A stretch of 63,920 nt of DNA, the filler included, from Aduncisulcus paluster (lineage: Eukaryota): NCBI GenBank assembly GCA_024181965.1. It is 7 parts of 7 records of this genome, joined end to end, with 100 filler letters (N's around TTAATTAATTAA, not from the genome) between each part and the next. Parts side by side here need not be neighbours in the genome. Positions count along the whole stretch, not along the records: positions 32,166 to 46,254 come from BQXS01011541.1; positions 46,355 to 54,945 come from BQXS01011542.1; positions 55,046 to 59,106 come from BQXS01011543.1; 4 more parts are not named here. The stretch is one strand, 5' to 3'. Each line of letters begins with the position of its first letter. The stretch's first letter is position 1. The notes under the pieces were generated by a model. The model was given only the letters and a program-made list of their open reading frames with translations, was not told where the DNA came from and made no database searches. Below, in pieces: positions 46,021-55,395 of the stretch. The position numbers and the translations under genes were made by a program.

Positions 46021-46158
46021 ATGGATGTTGGCAAAATTCTTCGAACAAAGGATATATATATGATTGCAAAGGAATTCGACGAAGATAATAATGGTTATCT
46101 GGATATGCTTCAAGCCAAGTGTGCCTACAAAGCTATAATGGGAGAATTTCCATCAGAT
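46021..46158 (+). CDS. First exon of an EF-hand protein (3' truncated by contig end)
   Basis: MDVGKILRTKDIYMIAKEFDEDNNGYLDMLQAKCAYKAIMGEFPSD, then a GTATGT donor at 46159; DEDNNGYLD is an EF-hand loop. Confidence 0.6.
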
Positions 46159-46254
46159 GTATGTATTTAAATTTTAGATGAATATTTGATTTGATATTGA
46201 ACCAATTTTGTTTATTGGTCCCTTCTTTATGGTGTTATATCCTATTTTTCTTTT

Positions 46255-46354
46255 NNNNNNNNNNNNNNNNNNNNNNNNNNNNNNNNNNNNNNNNNNNNTT
46301 AATTAATTAANNNNNNNNNNNNNNNNNNNNNNNNNNNNNNNNNNNNNNNNNNNN
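46255..46354. other. Artificial contig linker
   Basis: N44-TTAATTAATTAA-N44. Confidence 0.98.
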
Positions 46355-46968
46355 GTGAAGTTCGGTGTATCATCGAGAGCAAGGGTTTCGTGAAGGGACA
46401 CCGCAGACACAGCAGAACTGAGAGCAGCAATAGATGGAATGAAGACAGTAGGTGCACTGGAGGAAGTCGAAGAGGTGACTACACAGTGTTGACAAACCAG
46501 CTGAGCTATAAAAGGCCTAATACTATATAGATGTCGCGAACACACAGCGAAGACTTTTTTAGGTCCCGACCTAGATCATACCGTGTTTGTCTCTTTTTTC
46601 GGTATGACCTAGGTAGGGACCATATGGTCATACATAGGTCATACTATAGGGTAGACCGGAGACGTCCGAAGATACAGTTTCAGTCGGAAAATTTGTGAAA
46701 AACCTATTTTTAGATCCCTCTGAGAAAAACCAAAGTCCGAAAAATTCTCTCTCACAACGTTCCAAAATCCCGAAATCCCATGAGTTCCGATTTTGCTACA
46801 AGATAAAATATGGAATTTAAATTTGCAATATTTTATTAAAATTACTTGAAGTTTTCAAAAAAATAAAATATAAAAATTCCGATCTTAACAGCTTCGTTGA
46901 AACGAATTGTGTTTGGGATTAACGAATTATAATAACGTATAATTGTTAATTATGTATTAATATTAAGC

Positions 46969-47096
46969 TGTTAGAAGGAATTTAAGGAATGGAGTCAACA
47001 TTATTGGTTGACGATGTGTCAACATACTATTCATTTGAAAGCTTTGACAAGAACCTTCAGAATAATAAATTTGAACTCGAGATTTATTGTATAACA
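46969..47096 (+). repeat. LTR-like unit (128 bp)
   Basis: TGTTA...TAACA termini, internal AATAAATTTG (47064), immediately upstream of gag-like ORF 47126. Confidence 0.45.
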
Positions 47097-47125
47097 GTAA
47101 TCAACAGTGAATTCACTGATTAATT

Positions 47126-47536
47126 ATGTTAAGAACAGATTTAGAACCACCCTTTCTTGTTACTATGTCGAAATCGAAATGGAAGGATTTCGTCGAGAAG
47201 TACAAAATTTATAAAGCGAAAGGTGGTAAACAGTTATGGGTCAGCTTGGTAAAACCTAAATTATTGGAAATACTGTTAACGTTATATTGTTTCGAAGACG
47301 AGAGGGATGATATTGTTCTAACTGAAGACGAGATGACGGATTCAGTGTGTTTTGCAAGTATTTATGATGGAAAGAAGATAGGCATTGAAAACGATGGGGC
47401 TGAGAAGTTATTACGGAAGGTTAATAAGGCGTATGCCCCCTCTTCAACTGTAGCGCTTTATGATGCATTGAAAATTTTAACGATGAAGACCCCAGTGACG
47501 ATGGAAACATTGTGCCGGCCTTGGCACATGACCTAA
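47126..47536 (+). pseudogene. Gag-like N-terminal fragment truncated by the LTR-like unit at 47511
   Basis: PPFL...WKDFVEKYKIYKAKGG motif shared with the other gag ORFs. Confidence 0.6.
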
Positions 47537-47608
47537 AAATAGATCGTGATTATCTTGTAATTAGTAAATTTGCTTCAGTTATATATTGTCTTTATTATTA
47601 CTGGCACA
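47511..47608 (+). repeat. LTR-like unit (98 bp), putative 5' LTR of the gag-protease element
   Basis: TGTGCC...GGCACA termini, internal AGTAAATTTG (47563), 18 nt upstream of the gag ATG at 47627. Confidence 0.6.
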
Positions 47609-47626
47609 TTTTGATCAAAATCACCT

Positions 47627-48842
47627 ATGGTACTACCATTAGTAATGGAGATTGATAATTTTACACCGCCGTTTTTATTGCATTTTGGAGCGTCCGAATT
47701 TCACAAATTCTCTGAACGTTTCGAGCAATATCGAGCCCGTGGAGGTGCAGCTCATCTGTTTACTATGATCGAGTTAGATGTTTTGCCCATTTATTGTGAT
47801 GCTACGGGTGCAGTTCTGACGAATCCAGATGAAGACGCATGCCGACAGATTCAGGATATTAGAACTGAGGAACGAACATTTATTAAGGATGTTCAACAAT
47901 TCTTTGGAACATTGTCTGGTTTAGATGCATTGTACGCATTCGAAGAGATTAAGCTTACGAAAATCTCTGTTAAGTCTGTCGCTGTATATGTTAAGGCGTT
48001 CAGAAAGACATTAAGAAGGGTCACGGAGGATGAACGTCCATCTGGCTTCACTTCTTAAGAAGTACTTCCTGCAGGGAATTGAAAACCTTTATTTCCGAAC
48101 ACGTTGCGAATCTGCTTTGGACTCAATCAGGGAAATCGACATTTCTGTACTCACGAAGATGATTTTTGCTCAACAAGCAATTGTTACTGAGGGAATTGAA
48201 GAATTCCAGCGTTATTGCTCTGTCCCCGCTAAAAGGCACTCGTCCTCTGCTGATCGACGCGACAAAACAGAAAAAAAGGAGAAAAGCTTCCATAAGAGAA
48301 CCGGTCCGCCTAAGGACTTATCTAAAATTCGCTGTTTTAATTGCCAAGCCATGGGACACTTTGCTAAGGATTGCCCTGTAAAACGTAAGGCTGAAAACAA
48401 AGGAAGGCAGAAGTTTAAAGCATTTAGTTCCTCAAACGAAGAGACTCAACGTCCGATCATTTCAGTACAGATCCTTGGAGATGGAACGACGGTTTTGAGT
48501 GAACAGATGCCCGCCTTGTTGGATTCCGGAGCGACTTGTTCCTTTATTGGGAAAGATAACCTCTTAGCTGAGCATTTTGTGCCTCAGAAGTTGGTGAAGA
48601 GCGAAATTGAGCTGGGTGATGGCAGGAAGATTCAGTCAACTCGTCAAGTGTCTCTTCGCCTGCGTATCCATCCAGTGACGACCTGTTCTGCGGTTATTAT
48701 CCGTCAAACTTTCACTGTCATTCCCATGCAGACGACTAGTGAGGAAATAATATTCGGTTATCCGGATATCCTCAAAAAGGGTCTCCTTGATATTATACAG
48801 CAGCCCCAGAAGAAGGAGGAGGTGCATGAACCTCTGATGTAA
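47627..48842 (+). mobile_element. Retrotransposon gag-aspartic protease gene with a +1 frameshift near 48040-48058
   Basis: Gag motif, CCHC knuckle CFNCQAMGHFAKDC and retropepsin LLDSGATCSF...IIFG; stop after the protease. Confidence 0.85.
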
Positions 48843-50523
48843 ACACGTTCCTGAGAGAGACATCGAGGGTTGTCTCAAATATGAGAGGATTTTTGGGCGT
48901 AGCTAACCCAGGGGAGGCGTAAGTCTTATTAATTTTATTTATCTTGCTCCCCTTGTCTCTTCCTTGCTTCCCCCGATGACCCTCCCCTGTATTTCTGTTT
49001 TCTTTGTAAAAAAAGGGGGGGTCCCCAACGATTTTTCTTTGTTTTTTGTTTGAAATAATTTAAGAAATTTATAAAGTAAATGTTTTAACTTAAGATTTAT
49101 TATAAAACTGATATTTTGGTATGACCTAGGTCAGGGTATGGTATAACCCCTGTATGACCAGGTGGTCAAATGTACTCTATAGGTTGGTATGACCTAGTGG
49201 TCCAGACCTAGGTCAGGACCATCGGTATGACCTAGGTCATACCTAAAAAAGTCATCGCTGTGTATTGCAGCACCATTCTTCCTGGTCCCGAAGAAGGGAA
49301 CAGACGAAAAAAGAGAGGTACACGACCTGAGAGCACTCAACAAGAGACTACCGAAACTTCCTTTCAAGTTAACAGCACTGGAGGAAGCCCTGTATGTGGG
49401 GGAGAGTCGACCATTCATGACGAAGTTGGACCTGAGAAAGGGTTACTGGCAAATACTCGGTCTGCCCAAGAGACAGAAAGCTATTGGGTACACACATTGG
49501 GAAAAGAACTATACAATCAAGGGTCCTACCTTTCGGCGCGATGGCCAAAAATATGTCAACCGAAAATTTGGAGGTTTGTGTTTGACATTGGTCTAGACCT
49601 ATTTTATTTTACTTTTCGTTGTGGTGGTTATCATCGCTGTATTATACAGCATAGTATGCTGATATCTTTTTGTAAATTCTTGATTTTCTTCCCGTTGAGC
49701 TGTTATTTAATGTCAGAACCGACTATATCCACCATTTATGAAGAATTGGAATAGGTTTTCTTCAGGGATGCCCATTTTGACTCGGGATCCAAAAAGACTA
49801 AAGGTAAGTGATTTAATTGTTTTNNNNNNNNNNNNNNNNNNNNGTACACACATTGGGAAAAGAACTATACAATCAAGGGTCCTACCTTTCGGCGCGATGG
49901 CCAAAAATATGTCAACCGAAAATTTGGATGTTTGTGTTTGACATTGGTCTAGACCTATTTTATTTTACTTTTCGTTGTGGTGGTTATCATCGCTGTATTA
50001 TACAGCATAGTATGCTGATATCTTTTTGTAAATTCTTGATTTTCTTCCCGTTGAGCTGTTATTTAATGTCAGAACCGACTATATCCACCATTTATGAAGA
50101 ATTGGAATAGGTTTTCTTCAGGGATGCCCATTTTGACTCGGGATCCAAAAAGACTAAAGGTAAGTGATTTAATTGTTTTATTAACTCTCTCCGAGAACGT
50201 ATTGCCTCAAAATTGAAAAAGTTGTCGGAATCATCGCTCTGAGATTCCTGATTGAGCTATTAAAGAAAGAATTTTCTGCTAGTTCAAAGAAGAAACCAAG
50301 AATCCTCTCTTTAGGGAAGAAAGAGGATATTATTAAAACAGAGATTCTCAAGAATGAAATGTTTGGCGAAATCTTCCACAGAGCCTCCGAGGGTAAAATT
50401 TTCCAATTCTATTCTTTTCACCTTAAATTCAAGGTCCAGGAAAAGTATAATAAGAAAACCTATTAGACTTTTTAGTGAAATTCCAATATTTAAGAGGCAA
50501 TTATTGATGAGGGAAATTTACTC

Positions 50524-50619
50524 TGTAATGGTTCTCAGTTCTATTTATAGAACCATTGGATGTTAATATTTCTAATAAACTTGCTTAGGTTATAAGTTTT
50601 TAAATCTATATCCGTTACA
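50524..50619 (+). mobile_element. Solo LTR (96 bp) with 4-bp target-site duplication ACTC
   Basis: ACTC|TGTAATGG...CCGTTACA|ACTC; internal AATAAACTTG (50574). Confidence 0.75.
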
Positions 50620-50845
50620 ACTCCTATGAAATTGAGTTCTATTGCCTGGAATCAAGCTGGGGTGAATTCATAAAAAAAAGATACCTTGCAAGAAGAACAT
50701 CCTGTTGAGTTTTTGGTTTCTTTTCAAAGTTAACCGAAATTGCTCAATATAGCTTCTCAGTTTCATCAAATCACTTGAACACACATACCCATGGCTTTCA
50801 ATCCCCATTCAACTCATCGACTGCTTCGAGTCTAAAGAACTTGTC

Positions 50846-51193
50846 TTAAGCGCTGAAACAATCATCTTGATCAAAATCATCAATTTCAGTATCAATATTC
50901 AGCTTAACAGCTTCGGAAATTCGAGAAAATACTAATGCTTTCCCTCTATCAGCTTGATACGACTTTAATTGTTTCTTAAAAATAAAATAAGATTCCTTAG
51001 TGAACTTTGTCCATCTTGGGGCGCTAAGGATTGATGTTTCAACCTTTCCAAAGGTTTCTTGTTTCTCCTTTGATAAAATGCTGGGTTGAGTAACATAAGT
51101 ATCCTTAGGTTGGTCCATTGTCAAGGAACTCGTAGTTAAATAGCTCGGATTAAATCTTCTTGCGTCGGTTTCCCGGAAATCGTAACGATCCAT
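50846..51193 (-). pseudogene. Gag-like N-terminal fragment
   Basis: APRWTKFTKESYFIFKKQLKSYQADRG; close paralogue of 54624-54945. Confidence 0.6.
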
Positions 51194-51439
51194 TCGTAAT
51201 CAATAAAATTTCAGAAATCAGTTATTAAATCAGTCAAAATATCTTTAATCAGATTGTAATAATGGAATCTACCATAACGGAATAATTTTTCTGTTATACT
51301 ACGCCAAAATTTACTAATCTGCCGTTAAATATTTTTTCAGCTGGTAACTTTCAAATTCGGTGACAAAGTCAATTGTGGCCTTCTTGTCGCAGCTTTTTAG
51401 TACTACTACCAATAGTATTGGTCGCTGGACTGAGCATGT

Positions 51440-51601
51440 TGTGATGGCTACCGGCACTAACCGGCATTACCGGTATGCAGCCGATTATTCTTTTATTAAT
51501 AAATTTGCTAGCCACTTGCATACCGCAAGTCAAATTTCCCGTTCTATGAATAAGCTAAGAATGGAGCACCGGCTTCGTTAGGAAACCGACTTTACATCAC
51601 A
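51440..51601 (+). repeat. LTR-like unit (162 bp)
   Basis: TGTGATG...CATCACA perfect 7-bp terminal inverted repeat, internal AATAAATTTG (51498), upstream of a gag-like ORF. Confidence 0.55.
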
Positions 51602-51689
51602 TCCTGATAACTTTTCTTTATTGGGAACAGACACATCGACTTCATCGACCAGTTTTTCCGATCAATTGACTGTTCAGAAGAATTCGATA

Positions 51690-52346
51690 ATGACTCTTAC
51701 CAAACTCGTGGAAGAGCAGCAGAAAGCCATGGACATAATGGCTAAAGCTATTCATAATCTCTCTGATAAGCTTGAAGGAAGAGAAAAGCTTGAAGGAAGA
51801 GAAAAACTTAAAGAATGTCCTCTTAAGAAAGTCTCGACTTCAGCTTCGATTATTGACAAAATTGTCCTAAATCCCACTGATACCCATAGTAGTGACTCTC
51901 CGTTTATTGTTAATCCCTTTCTAACCCTTTCCCAAAAGGATTACAAAGAAAATAGTAGTGCCGGGACTCGAACCCGCGCATTCCATCTCGATGGCGAAGA
52001 ACCTAACAGGGGGAAAATCCCAAAAACTGTCAAGATTGTAAGAAAAAGGACAACTCCTGGACTCTATGAAGCCAGGATACGAGATGATATTATCCCAAGA
52101 GTCGGCCAAGACATAGGCAAACCACCAATCCTTGAAATCCTCAGCGCGAAAGCATACGAGACGTTTGTTACTCAATACAAAGCTTACGGGAGCAAAGGTG
52201 GGATACGCCCTATATATGCATGTGTATCTGATAAAGTCGCCAGACTAATAATCTCATACTACCCTGATTCAGATGTCCCCCGAAGACCTCTCCAAAGTTG
52301 TCCAAAAATAACAAGATCAGATCACTTCTCTAATGGGTGGAATTGA
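51690..52346 (+). pseudogene. Gag-like ORF (truncated after the capsid-like motif)
   Basis: First ATG 51690; PPILEILSAKAYETFVTQYKAYGSKGG. Confidence 0.55.
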
Positions 52347-53682
52347 TAAACTAATGACGATGATGCAATCCATGATAACGCAGAATCATGATATTGTTAC
52401 TGAACAAGCGTTTATTAGAGAAGAACTCCTTCCTGCAAGGAGCAAGTCTGACCCGCCTCCGCTGCCGTTATCTCAACCACCGTCAAAGGCGGCGAAGAAA
52501 TCCCGTCTCAGAGCGGAGGATTTGGTTGAATTGAAAGCACAAGAATCCTTATTTAGCCCTGACCCGACGCCCCCAGCGTCCATTGCCCAATCTACCATCC
52601 ATCTGGTACCACCTATTCTGAAGGAGATGGATGTGAAGCAGTACACCCGGTTCATAGCCGATTATAAGGCTTATGTTATCAAGGGTGGGACAAAACCCAT
52701 AGAGCACTGCTTATCGTCCAATGTATGTCGATTAGTGAGATTCTATGCTCTCCCTGAAGAAAAGGACGAACCGGTTATGACGCTGTTGAGAAATCGTCTA
52801 GCCCCAGTAACAGCTGACGACTTATTCAATCGCCTTTCTCAAGTGGATTTTACATGGGACAACTCCCTTAAGTGTATTGACAAGTACAATTCATCGTTTA
52901 TCACGGTTGTGGATTCAGCCCCTGACATTGTTAAAGAAAGACCCACTACAATTGCAAAATTGTATGTAAAGAAAGTTTACGTCCGCAAATTGACCATTTC
53001 GTTGTATCGTCTGATAGATGATGGGACGACTGACCTTGCTACACTAGGTAGGGTTCTCAGAGACACAGCCGAAAGATTGTTGAGCGATGGGTGGACGCTA
53101 AGAGTCAAGAAACCTCAACCACGTAAGTCTGAGTTCGGTAGTGATTCTAAGAAGGACAAACCTGACTTCCCGGTCACTGATTCAAAAGGTGATCGACCCT
53201 CACGGTCTAGAAAAGGCTGTTCTCATTGTGGAATGAGTAATCATTCGATTGATCATTGTTTTAAGCTTCATCCAGAACTCCGCTATAACAAGATGTCTAC
53301 TGAACTGCATTCGAATGAGTTTCATATTCCAATTTCATTCCTGGGCTCTCAGTCTGGCTGTGATGCTTTAATAGACACGGGTTCTGAATGCAATGTAATC
53401 CATCCTGATTTCTTCAAATCCTGTGACCTTGGCCCCACTAAACCATGTGAGCACACAATTCGCTTTGGTAAAGATTCCAAAACAACAGCTGTTGAATGTA
53501 TAGAGCCTTTTATAGTATTTCAGTCATCTACAGAGAAGCAATGTATTGCCCCTATGCTTCTTCTGATTTCTGATGTTGCTGGGGATGATAAACTAATTAT
53601 ATCAGGTAATTGGGCCAGGAACCATGGATTACTTGATGTGATTGCACGCTCGGTGCTGAATGGGAGTTTCAAAACACTGTGA
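52333..53682 (+). CDS. Intact retrotransposon Gag-aspartic protease polyprotein (449 aa), no RT/RNaseH/integrase
   Basis: PPIL...FIADYKAYVIKGG, CCHC knuckle CSHCGMSNHSIDHC and retropepsin ALIDTGSECN...LIISG. Confidence 0.85.
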   Translation: MGGIDKLMTMMQSMITQNHDIVTEQAFIREELLPARSKSDPPPLPLSQPPSKAAKKSRLRAEDLVELKAQESLFSPDPTPPASIAQSTIHLVPPILKEMDVKQYTRFIADYKAYVIKGGTKPIEHCLSSNVCRLVRFYALPEEKDEPVMTLLRNRLAPVTADDLFNRLSQVDFTWDNSLKCIDKYNSSFITVVDSAPDIVKERPTTIAKLYVKKVYVRKLTISLYRLIDDGTTDLATLGRVLRDTAERLLSDGWTLRVKKPQPRKSEFGSDSKKDKPDFPVTDSKGDRPSRSRKGCSHCGMSNHSIDHCFKLHPELRYNKMSTELHSNEFHIPISFLGSQSGCDALIDTGSECNVIHPDFFKSCDLGPTKPCEHTIRFGKDSKTTAVECIEPFIVFQSSTEKQCIAPMLLLISDVAGDDKLIISGNWARNHGLLDVIARSVLNGSFKTL

Positions 53683-53726
53683 ACAAAAGAAAAGGTTTTA
53701 ACCAATCTGCTCAAAGAATCTTGGTT

Positions 53727-53809
53727 AAAGAGGGCGTTGTAATGGTTTAGAAATAATCAGTAAATTTGTCGACCCAACTTTTGTTGTTATATATTTTTAT
53801 TTGTTTACA
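53727..53809 (+). repeat. Polypurine tract plus 3' LTR-like unit (72 bp)
   Basis: AAAGAGGG(CGT), then TGTAA (53738)...TTACA (53809); internal AGTAAATTTG (53759); starts TGTAATGGTT like the solo LTR at 50524. Confidence 0.6.
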
Positions 53810-54623
53810 ATAGTATGTCGATTAAAAATGTAGGTGATGAGCTGAATGATTTAAGGGCAGCAAAGAAATGATATGAAGTATATAGATTAGAGGCATTTGG
53901 GCTCTCTAAGGTTAATCCGAAGAATGCTGTTCCTTCGGTGATTCATATTGTGGATAGTCATACGTCTTTGACTAGAGTACCGAATTATTACTAATAATAA
54001 TCTAGTAGATTCGAGAGGTTCCATATTATCCTTTTTGTGGCTTTAAGGGTCATTTAGAATATGATTGTAAAATTAAAGCAAGGATGAGCCGAGAGGTAAA
54101 ATATACGTGAAAAGGGAGAAGGAAGTTTAAATGCGGCAAGAGCTCTTCAAGAAACGATAAGAAGCAAGGTTTCCAACATCACAAGCAAACCAGTCAATTC
54201 TGGAAATAATGAAACTTCGACCAATACAAAGATAAGATGGTTTTCAATGCTAGAGCAATATATGGAAATATGTAAGAATTTGGGAAAACTTGCACGACTG
54301 GTTGTTTAGTCCAATATAATGGAATAGCCCACAAGGGTCTTCTTTCTTTCTTATTATTTAGAATAAAATGTAGCACTTTGTGAAGAAGACTTTGGTGGGG
54401 CTGATATGGATGATGATCAAGGATATTTGTGTCATGTTCCATCATCTGAAGATGATATGGCTATTATTGTCCCGCACGAGCTCTCTGATGTTATGGATTA
54501 GTAAATTTTGGCGTAGTATAACAGAAAAATTTTTCCGTTACGGTAAATTCCGTCAATTACAACCCGATAGTGATATTATTTATTGATTTGATAAGTGATT
54601 TTTTTTGATATTATTGATTACAA

Positions 54624-54945
54624 ATGGATCCAACGAGTCGTTACGATTTCCGCGATACTGATGCCAGACGATTCAATCCAAGTTATTTGACTACAAGTTC
54701 TTTAACGATGGACACTTATATTACCCAACCAAGCAAGTTATTAGAAGAGGAACATGAAACCTTTGGGAAGGTCGAAACATCGATTCTCAGAGCCCCAAGA
54801 TGGACAGAATTCACGAAGGAATCTTATTTCGCTTTTAAAAGACAATTTGAATCGTATCAAGCTGATGGAGGAAAGGCTTTAGCATTTTCTCGCATTTCTG
54901 AAGCTGTTAAGCTCAATATTGATACCGAAGTGGACGATTTTGATA
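54624..54945 (+). CDS. Gag-like ORF, 3' truncated by contig end
   Basis: APRWTEFTKESYFAFKRQFESYQADGG; inverted paralogue of 50846-51193. Confidence 0.6.
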
Positions 54946-55045
54946 NNNNNNNNNNNNNNNNNNNNNNNNNNNNNNNNNNNNNNNNNNNNTTAATTAATTA
55001 ANNNNNNNNNNNNNNNNNNNNNNNNNNNNNNNNNNNNNNNNNNNN
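54946..55045. other. Artificial contig linker
   Basis: N44-TTAATTAATTAA-N44. Confidence 0.98.
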
Positions 55046-55395
55046 ATTCGAAATAGGGATGTCTCTGTAACTGTAGCCTTTTCAATAATATAATCAAAAA
55101 ATTTAAGTATTAATTGTTTTTGTGGTTTTAAATTCTCTTTAAGGCACTGAATATGAGAACGTGAGATAATGTGGTCAATTAATGACGAATAAGAGTTTAA
55201 AAACTCTCTTTTACAAAATAAACATTGTATATTAGAATTATTTATAATTTTTAGCTCTGAAGATGTTGTAAAAGATAATATTTCAAGGATGTCTTTTTTG
55301 TTCACACCAAGCGAACCATGAAGAATGGTATAAACTGTTTTGGAACGTCTTTTTCTCATTAAAATGTCTTCTAATTGTTTTGTTTTTAATTTCAT
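55046..55395 (-). CDS. Partial protein with a U1/matrin-type C2H2 zinc finger; 3' truncated, start uncertain
   Basis: CLFCKREFLNSYSSLIDHIISRSH (C-x2-C...H-x5-H). Confidence 0.45.

Larger units (their letters stand above)
46482..49262. mobile_element. Non-autonomous TIR DNA transposon (CAC termini, TA target duplication, CACTA/CMC-like subterminal repeats) containing gag/gag-protease sequences
   Basis: TA|CACAGTGTTGAC...GTCATCGCTGTG|TA; about 40-bp inverted match 46543-46583 vs 49223-49262; GTATGACC/GGTCATAC x3 left and x5 right; excision leaving one TA restores the RT frame. Confidence 0.85.
46355..49546 (+). pseudogene. Reverse transcriptase pseudogene (DIRS/YR-retrotransposon-like), split by a TIR element; pieces 46355-46481 and 49265-49546
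   Basis: Rejoined: AELRAAIDGMKTVGALEEVEEVT-IAAPFFLVPKKGTDEKREVHDLRALNKRLPKLPFKL...MTKLDLRKGYWQI...(frameshift near 49487)...RVLPFG. Stop at 46391; no YxDD. Confidence 0.85.

Noticed and set aside
46561-46660. GACCTAGGTC/GTATGACC clusters as a CRISPR array or iterons
   Set aside because: Irregular spacing, mixed orientation, no spacers or cas genes, eukaryotic context; explained as transposon subterminal repeats.
49260-49754. 164-aa ORF and its copy 49817-50110
   Set aside because: Shadow frame across the RT remnant and the duplicated gap flank.
49488-50179. 336-bp direct repeats as a possible LTR pair
   Set aside because: Separated only by a 20-N gap, no TG...CA ends, and they begin inside RT coding sequence.
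54108-54310. TKIRWFSMLEQY peptide resembling the hAT transposase TRWNS motif
   Set aside because: One weak motif in a short, stop-bounded frame with no other hAT blocks or termini.
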